Shown in pieces: positions 50,388-61,000 of a stretch of 64,000 nt of DNA. The position numbers and the translations under genes were made by a program. The DNA is taken from contig NC_135655.1 of the NCBI RefSeq assembly GCF_964188315.1, positions 52,514,001 to 52,578,000 on the forward strand, in the 5' to 3' direction. Numbering within the stretch: the first letter of the stretch is position 1; every line of letters begins with the position of its first letter. This DNA is from Podarcis muralis. Lineage: Eukaryota. Under the pieces are notes generated by a model that did not search any database, was not told the origin of the DNA, and saw nothing but the letters and a program-made list of their open reading frames with translations.

Positions 50388-51402
50388 AGTCCGTCCCTGA
50401 GAATCACAGTCAGCCAAGGGATGGAAGAGGATTTTGTTCGATACACATTTTAAAAAATCTGATTCACACCTACTGTGCGAATGCATGGATTGGAACTTAA
50501 TTATATTTCAGATTCTGCACTTTTCCCCAGAAAAATTCCCACACTTGATGGGTATGTGGCTGCAGGAAAGAGGCTGTGAGAAAAATCATGGGAGATTTCT
50601 AGGACTAAGGTGAAACTGTGAAGCTCCCTTCTTAGTTCTGCTATTGGATGCTGCATGGTGCTTAAGTAATCTTGCCCTATTTATAGTATTGAAATGTGTG
50701 GGGGTGTTGTTGTTTTTTGCATGTTATTATATTTTCTATTATTTTGCCATGTTCGCATGAAATTGTTTTTGTAGTGTTTGTTTTTGAAATGCATTCCAGT
50801 TTCTTTGTTGAAAGCCAATTTGAGTGTGGTTTTTTTTTTTTGGGGGGGGGTGGAAAACCAGCATACAAATAAAAGGAATGAATGAAATAAAAACAGGAGG
50901 TAGTACCTGTTTGTTGTATTGAGAAGACTGCTAAAGTTTTTTGAGAAGAATTAAAAAGGAGAAACTAACTGCAACAATTGCTCTTAAAATCTGATGCTAT
51001 TTTGCAACTTAACTGGATTTTTGCTTAATCATTGGACCTTACTTAAACCCACTGCCACTGTACAGACACAGTACTTCAGATTTCAGTTTTGCATGTGCTC
51101 ATTCATAAGTCAATCCTGTTTTCATATCAATCTGAGATTTATAAAAAAACTGTACAAAATCCATATTTAAATCCATATTTTATCTCTATGCGTTTTTATC
51201 AAATATGTAATTTTTCACCTATTATGGTACTTTTTATTAGGAAAGAACTGCATCGTAACATTTGGGAAAGTGCAAAATCTGAAATATAATTATGTTCCAA
51301 TCCATGCATTCGTCCAGTAGGTGTGAAGTAGATTTTTAAAAATGTGTATCAAACAAAATCCTCTTCCATCCCTTGGCTGAATGTGATTCTCAGGGACAGA
51401 CT
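50388..51402. repeat. ~135-bp inverted repeat arms (50388-50525 / 51265-51402) around a ~740-bp spacer
   Basis: GTCCCTGAGAATCACA.TCAGCCAAGGGATGGAAGAGGATTTTGTT..CAGATT.TGCACTTT is present on both strands, with about 9 mismatches by manual alignment. Confidence 0.9.
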
Positions 51403-52101
51403 CATATGTTTTCCTGCTGCCTTTCATCACAATACCACCTTGGGTGTGTTGGCTGTGCTGGAGGAGGACAGTGCAAAGGTCAAGATGGGCAGATAGGGTG
51501 GCCTTACGGCTCAGGGTGACCCCCGTTGGCTGAACGGATGAAGCAGCTGGAGATGCTTTTTTCTAACCTTTGTGCCCTGCAGCAAACTGGTCTATGGGCA
51601 CAAAGCTCTCTATTTCTGTCAGGAAGAATGACCCTTACTCACTTGCCTTTTTGCTCTCATTTGTTGCAGTTCCTTTCTTTTATCAGATTAACTATAATGA
51701 GCAGAATCAAAATCACATGGAGAGGGAAGGAAACACTCCAAACTCTGGACACTGACTTTCAGTAAAGATGAGAGATGTTTATGAAACAAAATGGAACGAT
51801 TTATTTATTCTTTTTTTCAGAGTTGGGCAAAGCACACACATGCGCAAGGGTCTGACTGGAGGCTAGGGAGGACATGTGGCTGCCAGCAATCCATCTCTCT
51901 TTCCACATGTCTCCCTGGTAACATCTAGTAAAATATCATGATACCATCACCATCAGCTCTGCAAAGCTGCAGCCAATGAATTGGACTGTGGGTGAGAATT
52001 CTGAATAGGATAATGTCACATCACACATTTTGTTTCCTAGATGCTGCTTGGGAGGTGCGCGGGGAGACTATAGGTCATCAGGAGCACTACATGCCCCTAT
52101 A

Positions 52102-52462
52102 AGGTAAAGGTAAAGGTACCCCTGCCCGTATGGGCCAGTCTTGACAGACTCTAGGGTTGTGCGCTCATCTCACTCTATAGGCCGGGAGCCAGCGCTGTCC
52201 GCAGACACTTCCGGGTCACGTGGCCAGCGTGACGAAGCTGCTCTGGTGAGCCAGAGCAGCACACGGAAACACTGTTTACCTTCCCACTAGTAAGCGGTCC
52301 CTATTTATCTACTTGCACCCGGGGGTGCTTTCAAACTGCTAGGTTGGCAGGTGCTGGGACCGAGCAACAGGAGCGCACCCCGCCGCGGGGATTCGAACCG
52401 CCGACCATGCGATCGGCAAGTCCTAGGCACTGTGGTTTTACCCACAGCGCCACCCGCGTCCC
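52102..52462 (-). mobile_element. Sauria SINE, full length, young
   Basis: Canonical sequence; 14-bp TSD TACATGCCCCTATA (52088, 52463). Confidence 0.97.
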
Positions 52463-54007
52463 TACATGCCCCTATAGGTGAGTTGAAATATTGCATATGC
52501 GCCACAGGCGTCCTTTGTTTTCATTTCTGTTTGCTCGGTATTCCTATCTGCATTACAAAAAAATTTCTCACACTTGATGGGTATGTGTGGGCATGTGGTT
52601 CTGTGGATGGGGGGGGGGATCCCACACAGATCCCAATTCTAGAGTGTAGCTGGATGGATCAATGTGCATGTGTTCACCCATATGCCCTTTCCATCTGTTT
52701 CTGTATTAATATGCCATTATTAAATATCCAAATTTAAATACTTGTTTTGGGATATAGTTTCCCTTAAAAACTGCATTTTAACTTATACGTTTTTTATTTT
52801 GCTTGCTATATTGATTTAACCAAGAACTGTGTACAACATTCAAAGAAATGTGGAACACCATGGAGAGCTGCATTCCTATCCATCAGTTTGTCTGAGTGGT
52901 ACAGATTCAGGACAGTTGACTGCCAACTCCGTGCTTCCCCTGCCCATCCTAGTCCTGGCAAGTGGCAATACTACTGCCACCAGAAGGGCAGCTCAGTGGC
53001 AGCAGTACCACCTCATTCACTGCAACAGACTTAGGGAGTAAAGACAATGACCTCTCTCTCTCTCCCTCCCTGCCTCTCTAGGGAGTACTGGGCAGGATTT
53101 GACTAAGTTGTTGTTGTATGGAATGAAGTCTGCTCACACAACAGGACTCCCCCCCTTCCTAAATCAGCTTTGGCGAGTTGAAGGAAAGCCCAGAAAAGAT
53201 TTGTGGGGGCCATGGGGAGTCACATGGGGAGACCTCATTCAATGTACATGTACCCCACTATACTGAATTCCACAATTGTCTCTCTGTGTGTGCATCTGAA
53301 TGTGGTGCATGCACTGTGTGTTGTAAATGTCAGTTTTGTAATTATGTGAAATTTTGTTCTTAAAGAAATCAATGCAGTGCTCCCCATGGACTACTAACCT
53401 GTCAGAACCAGTCATGAGGACTGAAGAATAAGTGAGAACTAAAGGATAAACCGGGACTACAGGACAACTAAGGATACAGAAACACACCAGAGCTCAGGAA
53501 GCCCTTGTTGCTCAAGACCCCTTGTACTACTTTCTGTCCAGCAGCTAGCCTTGGTAGACAGGGCAGTCCCTGTCAAGAAGTTGCTACCTGCGGTTTCAGT
53601 GGATCACCACATGGGGCAGCTGTGAGCAGATACTGGCAGCTCCTGTGACCAAGTAGCTGGAGTGAATGAGAGCCCATCATGTGTGTTACTTCAGGGTAGA
53701 AAGGGAGCAACATAATTGTGGGATAATCCTTATTGGTGTGGGAAACCCAACAAGATCAGGAAGAATAATTAACCACAGCTCATCAGCTTCAACCACGGTG
53801 ATACGTTGCTCTGTTTACCGTATTTTTCGCACGATTGGACGCACCGGACCATAGGACGCACCTAGTTTTTTGGGGGGGAAATAAAGGAAAAAATTTTCCC
53901 CTTTATTTCCCCCCCAAAAGCAGGTCAGGGAAACCGAACCAGGTCGAGGAACAGCGGGATAGTGGCGCTGCGCCTCCCTGCTGTCCCCCAAGCTTGTGGG
54001 GCTGGCC

Positions 54008-54483
54008 GATGTCTGTCTGGCGGGCGGGGAGCTCTGCTTCAGGGCGCCCCACCCGCCGGGCGGCAGGCTGCTATCCGCAGCGTGGGGAGCCTTGTCGGGA
54101 ACTCCTGCAAGCCTCCCCACTCTGCGGATGTCTGCCTGGCGCGAGGGGCGCTCTGCTTCAGGGCGCCCCACCCGCCAGGCAGCAGGCTGCTATCCGCAGC
54201 GTGGGGAGCCTTGTCGGGAACTCCTGCAAGGCTCCCCACTCTGCGGATGTATGCCTGGCGCGAGGGGCGCTCTGCTTCAGGGCGCCCCACCCGCCAGGCA
54301 GCAGGCTGCTATCCGCAGCGTGGGGAGCCTTGTGGGGAACTCCTGCAAGGCTCCCCACTCTGCGGATGTCTGCCTGGCGCGAGGGGCGCTCTGCTTCAGG
54401 GCGCCCCACCCGCCAGGCAGCAGGCTGCTATCCGCAGCGTGGGGAGCCCTGTGGGGAATTCCTGCAAGGCTCCCCATGCTGCG
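54008..54483. repeat. Tandem array A: 4 x 119 bp
   Basis: Unit starts (GATGT.TG.CTGGCG) at 54008, 54127, 54246 and 54365. Confidence 0.97.
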
Positions 54484-54567
54484 GGTGTGTTCCCGAAGCG
54501 CCTGGAGCTCTGCTTTCAGGGCGCCTGGCGCTCCGGGAAGCAGGCTGAGCGGAGCGCTAATCCCGAA

Positions 54568-54975
54568 GCCCCAAGCTTCGGGATTAGCGCGGCGCTTCGC
54601 TAGCCCTGGGAGAGCCACGCAACGTCGCGGGGCTCTCCCAGGGCTAGCGAGACCTTGCCGGCACCCAGAAGCTTGGGGCGCGCTGAGCTCCACGCGCCCC
54701 AAGCTTCGGGATTAGCGCGGCGCTTCGCTAGCCCTGGGAGAGCCACGCAACGTCGCGGGGCTCTCCCAGGGCTAGCGAGACCTTGCCGGCACCCAGAAGC
54801 TTGGGGCGCGCTGAGCTCCACGCGCCCCAAGCTTCGGGATTAGCGCGGCGCTTCGCTAGCCCTAGGAGAGCCACGCAACGTCGCGGGGCTCTCCCAGGGC
54901 TAGCGAGACCTTGCCGGCACCCAGAAGCTTGGGGCGCGCTGTGGCACGCCCCAAGCTTCTGGATTAGCGCAGCGG
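54568..54975. repeat. Tandem array B: 3 x 128 bp plus a partial unit
   Basis: GCCCCAAGCTT at 54568, 54696, 54824 and 54948. Confidence 0.97.
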
Positions 54976-55928
54976 TCCGCTAGCCGTGGGAGAGCTGGGT
55001 CTCCCACGGCTAGCGGATAGCTTCCTGAAGCCTGGAGAGCGAGAGGGGTCGGTGCGCACCGACCCCTCTCACTCTCCAGGCTTCAGCGAAAGCCTGCATT
55101 CGCTCCATAGGACGCACACACATTTTCCCTTGCTTTTTGGGAGGGAAAAAGTGCGTCCTATGGTGCGAAAAATACGGTATATACCTCGTGCCTGTAGAAT
55201 CAGGTCTATTGGCCAGGCTGGCTGGGTCCTGATATGTTTTTTCCATCCCACTGCTTACGGTAGTAAACACATGTGCAAATGCCTTTGCATTTAAGGCATA
55301 TTTGCAGATCTTCATGCGCAGCCCATAAAATGTGGCATGGTGCAGGGTGGGGAGATAAGCTTTCTGCAGTATTCTCAGAAACTTCTGTCTAATGTCTGGT
55401 TGCAGATATACTTGGCAATATGAGTGTAATGGGGAAGTGTATCAGAAAGGCCCTTACTCCCCTTTCCAACTATGGACACCCTGTCATATTAATTGCATCC
55501 ATACCCTACGAGGCTGATCTCAGAGATGTTCACAGGTGCATCCTTTCTAAGAGCACACAGTGGAGGCACTCTAAAGAAATCAGGACCAGATGTGGAGTGG
55601 CAGGCGCTTCCTCCACAGGAAATGTGCCCTCAGGTACAGCCCAGGCAAGGGAAGCCCAGGACTGTTTAGAAAAGGATGAGCCAAGATGCCTGTGTCATGT
55701 ATACCTTTCTTGGTTATCACTCTTCCCCATTGCTCTTCCGCACTCTGCTTCTGCATTCCTTCAGTTTAGCCTTCTCAAAGCCTTTGCTATTCAGATCACT
55801 TTCTTTCCTTGGTAAGATAATGCAATTCCCTCATTGGTGTGATCAACCTACTTCATATCTGCCCCATTTTTGTCCCTTATGTGTCAAGGTATCTTGGTGG
55901 TGGTAACAGTCACTAGCACAGTGGTGTA

Positions 55929-56278
55929 AAGGTAAAGGGACCCCTGACCATTAGGTCCAGTCGTGACCGACTCTGGGGTTGCGGCACTCATCTCGCTTTA
56001 TTGGCCAAGGGAGCCAGCATACAGCTTCCAGGTCATGTGGCCAGCATGACTAAGCCGCTTCTGGCGAACCAGAGCAGCACACGGAAACACCGTTTACCTT
56101 CCCGCTGGAGCGGTACCTATTTATCTACTTGCACTTTGACGTGCTTTCGAACTGCTAGGCTGGCAGGAGCTGGGACCGAGCAATGGGAGCTCACCCCATC
56201 ACGGGGATTCGAACCGCCTACCTTCTGATCGGCAAGTCCTAGGCTCTGTGGTTTAACCCACAGCGGCATCCACGTCCC
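55929..56278 (-). mobile_element. Sauria SINE, full length
   Basis: Canonical sequence; 14-bp TSD AGCACAGTGGTGTA (55915, 56280). Confidence 0.97.
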
Positions 56279-57743
56279 GAGCACAGTGGTGTAGGTGAGA
56301 CTAAATGCCTTTCCTAGCATCCCAGTGCCGTGTGGCTGCCAGTTACTGATGGAGGGGGCAGACAAGGCTCCACTGAGACACTCACACCATTCCAAGCTCC
56401 CTGCTGCCTTGCCCCCATCTCTCCTGGTAACTAGCAGTGACACACACAGCACTGAGAAGCCAGGGGAGCAATGCCGCCCCACCCACTCCACCATGCCAGC
56501 TACTGCTTCGTGACAGCTTTGGTAGGTGGAATAGGGCAGTGAAGATTTTTCTGCTGCTTAGATTTTGAATTTCTCCACTGCTTGATTTTGGACCCTGGGC
56601 AGAGGAGAAAGATCAGGCTTTAGAAAACTTTCTTCTTTTCTGGGCCCATGCAAGTTTTTCTTGAAGCTCAAGCTGAAATAAGTTCCCGGTATCCTAGCAT
56701 GCTGCAGGGAAGCTAGAACGCTAGTGCTAGAATGGGGAACTGCATGTGCTTCAAGTGATGCCCTAAGGCAGGAGTAGCCAATATGGTGCCCTCATGGGCG
56801 TAGCCAGGATTTTTGTTTAGGAGGGCACTCAAGATGTGGCTGGACTCCAGTTCCCACCATCTCTCATGCCAACTGGGCCTGAAGGGAGTTGGAAGCCAAC
56901 AACACATGAAGGGCGCCACATTTGTTACCCCTATATTAAAGGAGAGGCAGAAGCCCCAAGAGGGCAGCTAAACACATCTCTTGAGAAGGATATGGGAGAA
57001 GCAGAATGAGAAACTGGGCATGCATAGAAGCGATGTGTCAGCATGAGCCAGACTTTCCTCAGAGAGGTGCATATAGCAAACAGGCTGCTAGAAGTGTAAG
57101 CATAGGCAGCACTGGGGAGCCACATACACAAAATTGTTCACCGCACATACAGAAAAGTTTGCAGACATTTCCCCCCCAAGTTCATCAAGATCCAAAGAAA
57201 ATGAATGCACATCTTCAAAGGATCATCAGGTGAGGAGGAGAGCTTTTACACTGGCATGCAGAGACCAGAAGAAGTTACAATTTCCTTAGAAACAAAGGGA
57301 AGGGAAGACCAATTCGATGATAGCGTACAGGTAGGTGTGGCCTGTGGTTCAAAAACTCAAGAGTAAGCCTAGCAGGAATGTAAGCAGAAGTTACAGAGTG
57401 ATCAAACTGATGGTTAAACAGCAGAGTCTGCAGTGTCTTAGAAATATGGTATATTCACACATATTTACATCTTAATCCTTCAATGGAGGGAGTGCACAAC
57501 ATTATACCCAAAGAGTATCGTGCTCCTCTTATAGCTTCAGCAGGCTTGGGTCCAACACAACAGCCAGTCGTGGTCCCTGGTTTCTGAGTGCAGCAGCTCC
57601 CATCTACTTCCTCCTTTTTCCCATCAGCCTTTGCAGAAAACAATTCCTCTCCTTCCACTTCTAGCATCCCCCCTGTCACCCTGGCAACCTCCATTTCAAA
57701 AGCTTCCTCCTTTTTTCTGTGGTTACATCATGCCCTCTGTAAT

Positions 57744-58034
57744 TAGTGCTTTTTTTCTTTAAAAAAAATGTTTAGGGGTACTCTCATTTTGGCATGCTAC
57801 CAGCATGAGTTTGACCAAACTGGGGGAGGCAGTGGAAGACAGGAGTGCCTGGCATGCTCTGGTCCATGGGGTCACAAAGAGTCGGACACAACTAAACAAC
57901 AACAACATTTTGACTCAAGAAAATCACCATTTTATAGTTCAAATTGGGGAAAATAAATACAGTAAATGAACAAAAGTACAAAAATTCACAAAATGTTTAG
58001 GGGTATGCATACACCCCCCCCCGAAAAAGCACTG
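57744..58034. mobile_element. hAT MITE (CAGTGCTTTTT family) carrying a Bov-B tail insertion
   Basis: TAGTGCTTTTT..AAAAAGCACTG; TSD tctgtaat/cctgtaat. Confidence 0.88.
57797..57907 (+). mobile_element. Bov-B 3' tail
   Basis: CAGCATGAGTTTGACCAAACTG..GGGGTCACAAAGAGTCGGACACAACT(AAC)n, with CATTTTG duplicated on both sides. Confidence 0.9.
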
Positions 58035-61000
58035 CCTGTAATACTGGTGGCCTCTCCCTTTCTTGTCTGATGCTGAATGTCTCACCTTTTGTCAGGGTAA
58101 TGACTTTGCTATCACTTGCCTTGTTCTTGGATGGTATCTCTCTAAGTTCAGCTTGACTTCAAACCCCACATTTACTGATTTCAGAAATTATGGGGATAAG
58201 CCGGCACTCAGGAATTTTAGGGGTTCCTTGCCCACTAGATGCCCATAACAGTAACAATGGGTTTTAAACTATCTTTCTCCATTAAGAAACAGCAAGGAAG
58301 TCAAGATGAAATTTTAAGAAGATCTAAAGAAGATAGATTGAGTGACATTCATTCAATCTTCCTTTTCTCTCACTAGACATTGATTAACAAAAAGAAAGCC
58401 CTGTGTGGTGCCCGGAAGGAACTGAATCAAAACTGAAGCACTGTTGCTCAGACAATCCTATCCCTGTTCATCTGCAGAGCGTGAAAATGTATAGCTAGAG
58501 CAAATCAATTCTGCTTCACATCCCTTTCCCGTATAAAACGTGGAGATCCGCTTCAGTGTTACATAAACAGCATCCTGCAATTGCATTCTTAAGGCAAATA
58601 TTATGCCTTGAGTGCTCTGCTAGGGGAAGGGTCTCCATATAAACTAATTACGAGGGGCAAGCCACTTCCTAGAGAGGAAGCAGAATAGTACATTTATCTA
58701 AGGGGGCAATTTTCTGTCTGTCTGCTGATTGTTGCGCAGACATTGCATACAACAAATGCTGCCATCTATCACTTCCATGCCCTGTAGAGCTGGGGTGATT
58801 TATAGTTGGGTGAATATAAATTTTCTTGCTTTAAAAAAACATTTCTTAACCAAGTTATAAGAAAGTAAATTGCATTTGGGAATTAGAAATGAAATGAAAT
58901 TTCGGAGAAATGATCATGGGTGGAGTGTGGACTTGTGTCGTGCTTATCATACTTTCAAAGCGGTTGAGAGCTTTTGCGATTGTGCTTTGGGGAACCACGA
59001 GAGGAATAATGGGTTTTCCTGCGACACTTTCTCTCTCATTCTACAAATCCTCTCCACGGGTCTGTCCTCAATTGCAGCACAGGAGGTGTGCAGCTAGGCT
59101 TGCTGTCACAGCCGACCAAGTGCTCCCATCGCTCTTGCCACTACGCTGATCCACCCCATCTGGGAATAGCAGCTCTCTGAACTCCTAGTAAGTCTCAGTA
59201 GCCTTAACAAACTATAGTTCCCAGGATTATTTAAGGGAAGCCATGGCTATTAAAGTGGCAAAAGCATGTTTTAAATATGCGCCATGGGTGAGACCCTTCC
59301 ATGTTTCCGACATATTACCTCTGTCTGCACTTAACTTGCCTATGGGAATCCACTTTGAAAACTCACCTAGATGAAGCCACTGCATATGAAGGAAACAGAC
59401 CAGGAGCTTCTATTCCAGAAGAAACCTCATACATGACCAATAATATCATAATATATGCATTTCTTCAAAATTGTTTGGTGCAAATAAACCAAAATGAAAA
59501 GATCTTCTTACTTTTCTGGCTTTTCGAAAGGCTATTATGGGCTGGGGAAAATTGTTTGGCACACCCTGCGGGAGGGAAAAACTAGGCCTTGAGCTTGTTC
59601 TTGGGCCTGGTTAGTGTCTCTGTGCTCAAAACAAAACAGGAAGCCATGATCGCTCCACACACCAGGCAATTCTCTGGCTGGCTCAGGAACATTGGGTCTG
59701 GTTTGATATGTGATCTTCAGGGATTTCCCCTTCCAGGCTCCAAACCAGAGTGGTTCATGTCAGGCCTAGGGAGATTATCAAATGCAGAGCAGCGGGAAAT
59801 CCATCCTCCAAGACTGAGACATGTTAGATTTCGTTTGTATATTTCATTTTCATGTCTCTTCCTCTTTCCCTCATCAAAACAGACAATCTAATATGCAAAG
59901 ATTAAAATCAGTTGAAATATCTGCAGTTCCCACATCGCTGTTCATATCATCACGGCACACTTCAGTAAAAGCCAATGTGCTGGAATGTGATGAGAGAAAT
60001 TTTGTTCAGGCTGCTGGGAATTCATCTGCATTCATTTGCCCTCTAACTAAAAAAGAAAATTATTAGACATTTGTATTTTATCTAGTTCATATGTAAGCCC
60101 AGGCTCTAGGACCTTTATCCATTTGTCTTATGCCTTTCAACTTACTAATAAAATCAGTTGGGTAAGTACATTTCTCTCCCTCGCACCACCACCAAAACGG
60201 TGGAGAACAAAGCAGTATGTGAGGCATTATGGGAAAATAAAATGGTGCCACCCAGGAGTGGCTTTCAAAATCACCACACACACACAAATGTACAAATAAG
60301 AAAAAAGACCAAAAAAACCTTTAAAAATATTTAAACAAATGAATAATTGAATGAATGTGATTTTTAAAAGTGAATTAAGACCACTGTGGTCTTTAATAAT
60401 GACGATGAATTGAGTAACAGAACAAAATCTAACACACCCTTATATTGCTTTCCTCCAAGTAAACTTGTGAATGCATTTCAGTTGTGCATTGTAATATCCT
60501 AGCGCATCACACATTCTTTTACACATGATTGTCCCTGGCAGCGTGGCAGTTCGTTCTCCCTTTTCTAATTTTCTCTTGTTTGGATAGGTGATTTGGATCT
60601 GCCCAGCACCACAACTGTTCTGCACCTGCTCCTCATGTTCAGCGCCTTTCAGCTGCTGCCTCAAAATCCCATTGGCCAGGAGAATCAGCCTCTGAAAGAC
60701 AATCTGGTTGACCCGATGTGAGAGGGATTTTGCTGGTGTTAAGAAGGGAGGGTTGATTTGGGCTCCCCCTTCTCTCCCGCTCCTATCTTTCTGACAGAGA
60801 GCAAAGGTAGAAAAATGTTCCTTTTAGTGACACTTCATTAGCTTGTTCCCTCTCAACAAAACCAATGACTTGAGGCTTAGTTCAATTATTGCTGTGTTTG
60901 TCCAAAAACCCTCCTTGTATCAACTTGGTGATGATACTTGGCAACAGCCAAAATGGCCCCCAAGCCATGCAAATACAAAATTCAAGCAAAATAACAACAA

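Larger units (their letters stand above)
53818..55177. mobile_element. Tc2/pogo (Kanga/MER104-like) non-autonomous element, 1360 bp, with internal hairpin tandem arrays
   Basis: TA|CCGTATTTTTCGCACGATTGGACGCAC ... GTGCGTCCTATGGTGCGAAAAATACGG|TA (27-bp TIR with 2 mismatches; TA TSD). Confidence 0.93.

Noticed and set aside
54008-54975. CRISPR-like array
   Set aside because: Units are head-to-tail tandem copies with no unique spacers, there are no cas genes, and the context is eukaryotic.
53835-54983. Long ORFs (237, 213, 239, 141 aa) as a protein-coding gene
   Set aside because: They arise from GC-rich, stop-free tandem units inside a TIR-bounded MITE. The peptides are rotating repeats with no transposase or other domain.
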